A stretch of 64,000 bases of DNA from Acidobacteriaceae bacterium (GTDB lineage Bacteria; Acidobacteriota; Terriglobia; Terriglobales; Acidobacteriaceae), in the NCBI GenBank assembly GCA_035508305.1, contig DATJNE010000213.1, forward strand, positions 12,205-76,204. Direction: 5' to 3'. The position numbers and the translations under genes were made by a program. Under the pieces are notes generated by a model. The model worked only from the letters and a program-made list of their open reading frames with translations, ran no database searches and was not told where the DNA came from. This document shows positions 57,207 through 64,000 of the stretch, piece by piece. Every line of letters starts with the position of its first letter. Position 1 is the stretch's first letter.

Positions 57207-57683
57207 TCAGTCCTTCACGGACAGGGTAATGCTGCGCGAATCCCCGCCCGTGGTCCGCATCTCGATTTCGCCCTGGCTGCGCTTGACCACGCTGGGGAAC
57301 TTCTCGCCCCACTCCACCAGGACGATGCTCTCCGGGCTGGCCAGATCATCGAGGCCCAGTGAATCCAGCTGCCGCTCGTTCTGAATGCGGTAGAGGTCCA
57401 GGTGATACAGCATCACCGGTTCCTTACGCCCGTTCACCGTGCGCGTGCCTTCGTATTCGTGGATCAGCGTGAACGTGGGGCTGGTGACCTCATCCGGCTC
57501 GGCGGCGTCGAGTGCCTCGGCGATCCCTTTCACGAGCGTGGTCTTGCCCGCGCCGAGGTCGCCGCGCAGGATCAGGAACTTCGGCGGCGCCAGCAACTCG
57601 GCAATGCGATGGCCAACGGCGATCGTTTCCTGGCTGCTGTGGCTTTCGAACTGATGAACTTTCACATCCGCCGTTTGTGTCAT
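57207..57683 (-). CDS. tsaE: tRNA t6A37 biosynthesis ATPase TsaE
   Basis: GDLGAGKTTLVKG P-loop and HLDLYR motif. ATGA overlap with the nnr stop. Confidence 0.9.
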   Translation of the reverse strand: MTQTADVKVHQFESHSSQETIAVGHRIAELLAPPKFLILRGDLGAGKTTLVKGIAEALDAAEPDEVTSPTFTLIHEYEGTRTVNGRKEPVMLYHLDLYRIQNERQLDSLGLDDLASPESIVLVEWGEKFPSVVKRSQGEIEMRTTGGDSRSITLSVKD

Positions 57684-59281
57684 CTCCACCTCGCCGGGGA
57701 GGAAGGAAGCCCCTGCAACCAAACATATCCCGCTTCGTCCCAGGAGCGGAAGTGAAAAGCGCGAAAAAGATGACCAATGGTATCGGTGGCGAGCATCGTG
57801 TGCTCATCCTGCTCCCGCAGCGCAAAGTCAGCCGCCAGCCCATGGAGGTACACGGCGGCCTCGACCGCCTCGGCTGCATGGTCCGGGAACTGCGCCAGCA
57901 GGGCTGCGACGATGCCCGTAAGAATGTCCCCGCTCCCGCCTTTGGCCATCCCGGGATTCCCCGTCGTGTTGATCGCCATCCGGCCGTCGGGATGCGCGAT
58001 GAGGGTTCGCCAGCCTTTTAACACAACTGTCACATTGTGCCGGGTAGCAAACTCGCGTGCCAAAGGCTCGCGCCTCGCCTGGACCTCCCGGGTGCCGATC
58101 CCTGCCAGGCGCGCCATCTCGCCCGGATGCGGAGTCAGAACCACCGTCCGTTTTCTGCCGTCGAGTTTGTCGAGGTGCCTCGCCAGGATGTTCAACGCGT
58201 CCGCGTCGAGGACCAGCGTCTGCTTCGTCCTGGCCAGCACGCCCAGGACAAACTCCTCCGGCTCCGTGCCCATGCCGGGGCCCATCGCAATCACCGTTGC
58301 GCGCTCGGTCAGTCGGCGAAACGGGTCGGGCTCCAGATTCGACTTGTCGATCTCGCCGTGGGGCCCTTCGTGAAGCGGCAGAGTCATCAGTTCCGGCGTG
58401 ATGGCCGCTACCGTGGGCAGGATCGACGCGGGCACGGCCGCAGTGACCAGGCCGGCTCCCGCCCGCAGCGCCCCCAGCGAAGCCATGGCCGGTGCGCCGG
58501 ACTTGCCCCGTCCACCGGCCGCGATCAGAACATGGCCGTACATCCCTTTGTTGGAATCCGGAGTGCGCGGCGTTTCAGCGATCGCCTTTGACGTTCCGGC
58601 CCAAGCCAGGTTCGTCGCGGACAGGATGGACTCGTCCGGCGATCCGATGGGCGCCACAACGATGGGCCCTGTCGCGCTTCCGGTCAGGTTGCCGCTGACA
58701 TGCGCCAGCTTCGGCGCTGTAAACGTGATGACCGCAGTCGCCGGAAAGGCTCCTTCCGCCGTGTAGGCTCGCGAGTCGGCGTCCCATCCCGAGGGCAGGT
58801 CCACTGCGATGACCGGTGTGTTGAGCACGCTCACTCGCTCCCGCAACGCCGCTGCCACTCCGCGCAGGGGCGGCTGGAAGCCGGTGCCAACCACGGCGTC
58901 CACGAACAAATCCGCAGAGGCGAGCAGGTTCTGCACCTCGGAAGAGTCGAGGGCGGCTTCGTCCGGTGCAAGCACCGGCGCGAGGTTCATTTCTTCGAAC
59001 GCCGCCTTCGCATCGCCTTTCAGATCGGCAGGGAACCCCAGCAGCAGAACCCGGATCTTCCGTCCGGCCGCGTCCAGTTGCCGCGCCGCCACAAACCCGT
59101 CGCCGCCATTGTTGCCTTTGCCGCACAGCACGGCAATGTGCTGCGCGGCAGGATATTCGCGCATCGCAAAACGCGCTACCGCGGCCCCGGCGTTATTCAT
59201 CAGGTCGAGCGACGCGATCCCGAACCGCTCGGTCGTCACGCGATCGACGGTGCGCATTTCGTCGGCAGTCAGAATCTTCAT
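57680..59281 (-). CDS. nnr: bifunctional NAD(P)H-hydrate epimerase / ADP-dependent dehydratase
   Basis: YjeF_N domain (CGKGNNGGDGFV) fused to a carbohydrate-kinase domain (GGSGDILTG). Confidence 0.9.
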   Translation of the reverse strand: MKILTADEMRTVDRVTTERFGIASLDLMNNAGAAVARFAMREYPAAQHIAVLCGKGNNGGDGFVAARQLDAAGRKIRVLLLGFPADLKGDAKAAFEEMNLAPVLAPDEAALDSSEVQNLLASADLFVDAVVGTGFQPPLRGVAAALRERVSVLNTPVIAVDLPSGWDADSRAYTAEGAFPATAVITFTAPKLAHVSGNLTGSATGPIVVAPIGSPDESILSATNLAWAGTSKAIAETPRTPDSNKGMYGHVLIAAGGRGKSGAPAMASLGALRAGAGLVTAAVPASILPTVAAITPELMTLPLHEGPHGEIDKSNLEPDPFRRLTERATVIAMGPGMGTEPEEFVLGVLARTKQTLVLDADALNILARHLDKLDGRKRTVVLTPHPGEMARLAGIGTREVQARREPLAREFATRHNVTVVLKGWRTLIAHPDGRMAINTTGNPGMAKGGSGDILTGIVAALLAQFPDHAAEAVEAAVYLHGLAADFALREQDEHTMLATDTIGHLFRAFHFRSWDEAGYVWLQGLPSSPARWR

Positions 59282-59323
59282 CGCAAAAGATGGTAGTTCA
59301 GCCTGGAGCCCGGGCGCTGTGAT

Positions 59324-60070
59324 CTAGCCCATGTACATTCCGCCGTTCACGTCCAGCACGTGGCCGGTGATGTAAGCCGCGTCGTCCGAAGCCAGAAACC
59401 GCACGGCGTTCGCAATGTCGGCGTCCGTCCCGGCACGTCCAAGGGGGATGTGCGCCAGCATCGTCTCCCGCTGCTTCTCGTCCAGAACCGCGGTCATGGC
59501 GGTTTCGATGTATCCCGGAGCAATTGCGTTGGCAGTAATGTTGCGCGAAGCCAGTTCCCGCGCCAGCGATTTGGTCAGACCGATCAGCCCCGCCTTGCTG
59601 GCGGCGTAGTTCGCCTGGCCGGCCTGGCCGGTTTCCCCAACGACGCTGGAGATGTTGATAATCCGCCCCCAGCGCGCTTTCAGCATGGAACTTACGACGG
59701 CCTGCGTCATCAGAAACGTGCCCGTCAGGTTGGTTTGCAGCACCTCATCCCATTCCGCGCGCTTCATGCGCAGCACCAGCGTGTCACGCGTAACGCCTGC
59801 GTTATTCACGAGGATCTCGATGCTGCCAAAGTGAGCGATGGCGGCTTTGGCGCAGGCTTTCACGGACTCCTCGCTGGCGAGATCCAGCGCAAACACCGCT
59901 GCGGCACCGCCCGCTACAGCAATCTCCGCCGCCACCTCGTTCAGTTTCGTTTCGTTGCGCGCGGCCAGCGTGACTCTGGCGCCGGCGGAAGCCAGCGCCA
60001 GCGCGCATGCGCGCCCGATGCCCTGCGACGCTCCGGTCACCAGAGCGGTCTTTCCCTGAAGTGAAGACAT
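59324..60070 (-). CDS. fabG: 3-oxoacyl-ACP reductase
   Basis: TGASQGIGRA, NNAG and YAASKAG classical SDR motifs. 248 aa. Confidence 0.9.
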   Translation of the reverse strand: MSSLQGKTALVTGASQGIGRACALALASAGARVTLAARNETKLNEVAAEIAVAGGAAAVFALDLASEESVKACAKAAIAHFGSIEILVNNAGVTRDTLVLRMKRAEWDEVLQTNLTGTFLMTQAVVSSMLKARWGRIINISSVVGETGQAGQANYAASKAGLIGLTKSLARELASRNITANAIAPGYIETAMTAVLDEKQRETMLAHIPLGRAGTDADIANAVRFLASDDAAYITGHVLDVNGGMYMG

Positions 60071-60128
60071 GTCTCTAGCCTAACCCAGCAATTCCTGGGC
60101 CGGAACCAGCGCCTCTGCAGGTAAGCTG

Positions 60129-60764
60129 TTGACCATGCCGACGCTGTACAACCGCATTGCGAACCAGAGCCTCGACCGCCTGGCCGCGCTCAGCGATGGC
60201 GTTTTCGCCTTCGCCATGACGTTGCTCGTCCTCGATCTGCGTACCCCTTCGGCCGAACTCGTCCACTCCGAGCACGAACTCTGGCATGCCCTGGCCGCCA
60301 TGGGACCCAATCTGCTGATGTACCTCATGGGTTTCCTTACTCTGGGCATTTTCTGGAATGGTCAGCAGACGCAGCTCAACTATGTCGAACGCAGCGACCG
60401 CGATCTCACGTGGATCCACCTGGCATTTCTCTTCACCATTACACTCATGCCGTTCTCCACGCGGATGCTTGCCGAGTTCCTGCATTACCGCACGGCCCTG
60501 CTGATCTACTGGGCGAATATCCTCGCTCCCGGGCTGCTGCTTTACGCCAGCTGGAAATATGTCACCCGCCACGAAATGATCCGGCAGGATACTCCGCTGG
60601 AGATCCGCGCCGCGATCTGCCGCCGCGTCACCATCGCCCAGACACTCTACGCCGCAGGCGCCGCGCTGTGCATTTTCGGAACAGGATGGAGCGTGGCCTT
60701 TATCTTTGTACTCCAGCTCAACTACGCTGTCGCACCGCGCCTCGGGTCGCGCGCCGGGAGTTAA
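60129..60764 (+). CDS. TMEM175/DUF1211-family membrane protein (putative K+ channel)
   Basis: RLAALSDGVFAFAMTLLVLDL signature helix and 6 TM helices. The ATG at 60135 is an alternative to the TTG at 60129. Confidence 0.75.
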   Translation: MTMPTLYNRIANQSLDRLAALSDGVFAFAMTLLVLDLRTPSAELVHSEHELWHALAAMGPNLLMYLMGFLTLGIFWNGQQTQLNYVERSDRDLTWIHLAFLFTITLMPFSTRMLAEFLHYRTALLIYWANILAPGLLLYASWKYVTRHEMIRQDTPLEIRAAICRRVTIAQTLYAAGAALCIFGTGWSVAFIFVLQLNYAVAPRLGSRAGS

Positions 60765-60807
60765 GCGGGGCCTGGAGTACTGCGTGCCCTGCGGCCTGCT
60801 CTCTGTT

Positions 60808-61599
60808 TCACGGGCCGGCCGGGACCGGCGCCGTGGCGCGCCGTGCTGCCGGCGACCCCATGCTCTCCAGCGCCCAGATATAGACCACCAGCTCGCGGCT
60901 GTACTGCAGGAGCGGCCTGGTATCCGGCAGCCGGATTCCGTGCGCCTGGGGCAGATCGTTGACCTCGAACTCCGCTTCAGCCATCTCCAGCGGCCAGGGC
61001 AAATGGTGGATATTCACGCGGGCCGTCTCACGGTGGCGTCCCAGGGTGAAGAGAGCGTAGCGCTCGGTGAAGAAGCTCTCGATGCCGCCTTTGACGCACG
61101 GCTTTCCCAGGCTGCGATAACACGCGCGGAAGTTGGCGGGGCGAGGACCGAAGAGGCGTTCGCTGCTGTAGTGGAAGGTCCGGCTCTCATCCGCAGCAAT
61201 CTTCATGCGCGCCCAGTAATAGGGTAGTTTGTAGAACACGCGCGCCGCGGAAACAGCCAGGGGGCTGGCCGCATCGAGGGAGAAGAAATAGACGCCGGCC
61301 TGATTGGTATGCCGTTCCCGCACATACGTCCGAAGATTGAGCTCAGGAAAGCGGCTGGCGCCGGGAATTCTCGGCATGCCGCGCATGCGGATCTGGTCCA
61401 TCCAGAAGGGAACCACGCCCACCCAGGCCGAGCCTTCGAACGTGTCCACTGTCAGATTTTCCGGCACCAACCCCGTCAGCTCGTTCGCAGGAATCGGCCA
61501 GTGCGCAAACAGGAGATCGTTCCAGCGCTGGGTCATCCTCCACGGCGATTTTGGAAGCGGCCATGGACGATGCTCGGTCGTCGAGAGGATATTGTTCAT
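60808..61599 (-). CDS. DUF2071-family protein
   Basis: HRPWPLPKSPWRMTQRWNDLLFAHWP N-terminus as recalled for DUF2071 (YqjF-like). ATG at 61599; the ORF-track start at 61605 is a TTG. Confidence 0.65.
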   Translation of the reverse strand: MNNILSTTEHRPWPLPKSPWRMTQRWNDLLFAHWPIPANELTGLVPENLTVDTFEGSAWVGVVPFWMDQIRMRGMPRIPGASRFPELNLRTYVRERHTNQAGVYFFSLDAASPLAVSAARVFYKLPYYWARMKIAADESRTFHYSSERLFGPRPANFRACYRSLGKPCVKGGIESFFTERYALFTLGRHRETARVNIHHLPWPLEMAEAEFEVNDLPQAHGIRLPDTRPLLQYSRELVVYIWALESMGSPAARRATAPVPAGP

Positions 61600-61761
61600 G
61601 CCCAAGGGCCTTCCCCGGCAGGCGTGCCTGACAGGATCTGGCCAAAAACACTCTCATAGTACTCGTTCTTTCTTTGCAGGCACATAACGATGCGCGTCCG
61701 CCCGGGTGACTCCGGAGATGCGCCCGCGATTTTCCGCAACCCCTGGGTTTAGCATTCCTCC

Positions 61762-63354
61762 ATGCCTTCCATGACTGAGACTCCTCCAGCCGCGACCGGG
61801 ACGCCTGGGGCGGCGGAAAGCCGCAACAACCAGACCGAGGTTTTCGCCGTGCACGGGGCCGACCCTGAGGTTCTGGCCTATGCCATGGCCAAATACTCGC
61901 GGTCCGCGCTCTCCATGAAGGAGTCGCTGCGCGAAATCAGCACCCAGCGTGCCGAGCAGTTCCTCAGCACCTTCTATTTCCAGTACGGCCACCGGTCGAT
62001 CGCCGATCTCGCCCACGTCGCGTTTGCCGTCGAGCGGCTCTCTCTGCTGGCGGCCATCGTCCTGGTCGACGAGCAGCGCTGGGACGGCCAGGAACGCTCC
62101 ACGCGCTACCAGAATTTCCGCAAGAGCGGGTGGTACATGCCGGACTTCGGCGCGGACGCCGCCTCGGCGAGCCGCTATCGCGAAACCATTGAGCAGCTTT
62201 TTGCCACCTATCACAGTGTTCTTGAAGCTGTCTTCGCCTCGTTGCAACAGCAGGTTCCGAAGCCCGCGGAAATGAAGCAGGAGAGTTACGACCGCACCCT
62301 GAAAGCCCGCGCCTTCGATGTCGCTCGCTACCTGCTCCCCCTGGCGACGAATACGTCGCTGGGGCAGATCGTGAATGCGCGCACCCTCGAAACGCAAATT
62401 TCCCGCCTCCTCTCGCATCCCCTCGCAGAGGTGCGCCAGCTGGGAGTCCGCTTACAGGCCGCCGCGTCCGGCCCTGCCTGGAACGTCCATGCTGAAGAAC
62501 TCGCCGCGCTGCAGAAAGACATCGCCGCGCTCGATCCGGCGCTCGGCGAGCGTGCCGCCGCGCTGCTCACGCGTGAAGTGAAGACCACTCCGACGCTGGT
62601 GAAATACGCCGCCGTCAACGACTACCAGACGCGAACCCGCGAAGAGCTTCGCCAGGCGGCGGCCGAGCTGCTGCACGCCGAGGCCATCGAGCCGGCGCCG
62701 CTCGTCGACCTCATTGACGATGCGGATTCGCTGGAGGTCGACCTGGCTGCGACCCTGTTGTACAGCCAATGCCATGCTCCGTATCGGCAGATTCGCGCTC
62801 ATGTTGCCGCTCTCACCGAGGCGCGCCGTAACGAGATCATCGATCTCGGCATTCGTCATCGCGGCCGCCACGACGAACTGCTGCGCGAATTCGCGGCCGG
62901 CCAGTCTCTCCGCTTCGACATCCTCATGGACATCGGCGGCTTCCGCGACATGCATCGCCACCGTCGCTGCGTGCAGATCCTGCAGGATTTCACTGCGGCG
63001 CATGGTTATGCGATTCCCGAGGGTCTCGCCGAGGCCGGCGTGCAGCCGCTCTATGAGGAGACGATCCACGCTGCCCACGCTGCCTGTCGAACGCTGGCTG
63101 CCGGATCAGCGCTCGAAGCGGCGGAATCCGCGCGCTATGTTCTCCCCCTGGCAACGAAGAACCGCGCCCTCTTCAAAATGGACTTCGCCGAGGCGCTCTA
63201 CATCGCCGAGCTGCGCTCCGCCCCCCAGGGGCATTTCTCCTACCGCCGCGTCGCCTGGGAGATGTATCGCGCCGTCGAGCGCAGGCATCCGGCGCTGGCC
63301 CCTTACTTCCGCGTGACCAGCGCCGACGAGCCCGTGGACCTGCTGAAGCGCTGA
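61762..63354 (+). CDS. thyX: internally duplicated ThyX-like (FAD-dependent thymidylate synthase family) protein
   Basis: Two ThyX-like halves. The first has YGHRSIADLAHVAF...ERSTRY and LPLATNTS...NARTL. The second has FRDMHRHRRCVQ and LPLATKNR.... Confidence 0.7.
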   Translation: MPSMTETPPAATGTPGAAESRNNQTEVFAVHGADPEVLAYAMAKYSRSALSMKESLREISTQRAEQFLSTFYFQYGHRSIADLAHVAFAVERLSLLAAIVLVDEQRWDGQERSTRYQNFRKSGWYMPDFGADAASASRYRETIEQLFATYHSVLEAVFASLQQQVPKPAEMKQESYDRTLKARAFDVARYLLPLATNTSLGQIVNARTLETQISRLLSHPLAEVRQLGVRLQAAASGPAWNVHAEELAALQKDIAALDPALGERAAALLTREVKTTPTLVKYAAVNDYQTRTREELRQAAAELLHAEAIEPAPLVDLIDDADSLEVDLAATLLYSQCHAPYRQIRAHVAALTEARRNEIIDLGIRHRGRHDELLREFAAGQSLRFDILMDIGGFRDMHRHRRCVQILQDFTAAHGYAIPEGLAEAGVQPLYEETIHAAHAACRTLAAGSALEAAESARYVLPLATKNRALFKMDFAEALYIAELRSAPQGHFSYRRVAWEMYRAVERRHPALAPYFRVTSADEPVDLLKR

Positions 63355-63410
63355 ACAAGCCGTCCAGGTAGTCGCGCCTTCGCCGCCGACACTCGTCCAT
63401 CCTCGAAGCG

Positions 63411-64000
63411 CTAACGGAAAAGGTGCGGAACGAATCGGCTGGTATTGTTCGTCACGTAGCCATCGGGCTCGCGAATCCCCATACCGCAGGGCTCGCCGTC
63501 GACCAGCCAGCTGCCGATCACGATGCGGTTTGAACCCTGAGCAGCCAGTTCGATGTACTGCTGCCAGACAAAGCCACCGTCCGCATAACGGCCCGTCGAG
63601 TCCTCCACGGTAATGCCGTTCAGCTTCACCGTCACGTTGGCGCCTTCGCGGCCCAGCAGAGGTTTGCGCACCCAGGCATCCATCGCGTGCGGGCCGTCGA
63701 GATATGCCGGCAACAGAAGATCGTGAACCGGGTACATCTCCCACAGGATCGCCAGCAGCGCTTTGTTCGACCACAACATCTTCCAGATCGGTTCGATCCA
63801 CTGCGTCGCCGCCATCGTTTCCAGCGCATGAGCGCCGAATCGGTCGGAAAGCATGGATTCCCATGGATAGAGCTTGAAGATTGTCCTGATCGGCGCGCCC
63901 GAAGCATCGACGAAACACCGCTGTTTCGGATCCCATCCGATCTGCGGCATCGCGATCGCTGCGGTGCGCAGGCCGGCCTGCTGCGCCGTATCCCGCAGGT
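63411..64000 (-). CDS. glutathionylspermidine synthase-family ATP-grasp protein (C-terminal part; gene runs off the window)
   Basis: C-terminal pattern YPWE...WIEP.WK.L.SNKALLAILWE...LLPAY...VRKP..GREG.NV typical of GspS-like amidoligases. The frame stays open upstream of the listed Met to position 64000. Confidence 0.7.
   Translation of the reverse strand, partial: LRDTAQQAGLRTAAIAMPQIGWDPKQRCFVDASGAPIRTIFKLYPWESMLSDRFGAHALETMAATQWIEPIWKMLWSNKALLAILWEMYPVHDLLLPAYLDGPHAMDAWVRKPLLGREGANVTVKLNGITVEDSTGRYADGGFVWQQYIELAAQGSNRIVIGSWLVDGEPCGMGIREPDGYVTNNTSRFVPHLFR

Overview
GC-rich bacterial chromosomal segment. The gene content fits an Acidobacteriota-like soil bacterium, but that is a guess I cannot verify here. 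I found no rRNA, tRNA, CRISPR array, transposase, integrase or recognisable defence gene.

Layout:
- 0.2-6.1 kb: zwf, a small cytochrome c, ilvE, a Tat-exported GH127 enzyme and one orphan secreted protein.
- 6.1-11.1 kb: a variant System I cytochrome c maturation cluster, ccmE-ccmA-ybaK-ccmB, then one reverse-strand small gene, then a TonB_C-like gene, ccmC, ccmD and a DsbA-like gene.
- 11.3-13.4 kb: oligopeptidase B.
- 13.4-28.5 kb: a Wzx/Wzy-type exopolysaccharide locus with a complete GDP-heptose pathway embedded in it.
- 28.7-31.8 kb: an AIM24-family gene and an FN3 surface-protein gene flanking a long non-coding gap, then hslR.
- 32.1-44.4 kb: the 5' half of the dcw cluster (mraZ-rsmH-ftsL-ftsI-murE-murF-mraY-murD-ftsW-murG), preceded by a clear MraZ-type operator.
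- 44.5-46.2 kb: three small exported or membrane aromatic/Gly/Cys-rich proteins.
- 46.3-49.7 kb: hemW, ltaE and a polyprenyl-phosphate glycosyltransferase.
- 49.8-57.2 kb: glgE and a treS/pep2 fusion, followed by two uncharacterised co-oriented genes.
- 57.2-64.0 kb: tsaE-nnr, fabG, a TMEM175-like gene, a DUF2071 gene, an internally duplicated ThyX-like gene and a truncated glutathionylspermidine-synthase-like gene.

I do not see a clear-cut new system. The best candidates for something undescribed are:
- the Cys-type (CxxxY) CcmE cluster with a YbaK-type Cys-tRNA deacylase homologue translationally coupled between ccmA and ccmB;
- the paralogous exported Gly/Tyr/His-rich proteins flanking an Imm-like membrane protein;
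- the degenerate GT-A-like gene and the stand-alone TM_helix membrane gene appended to the GlgE/TreS operon;
- the heptose-supplying EPS locus with an apparently degenerate Wzc kinase domain.

All family assignments come from motifs read by eye. None was confirmed by a database search.
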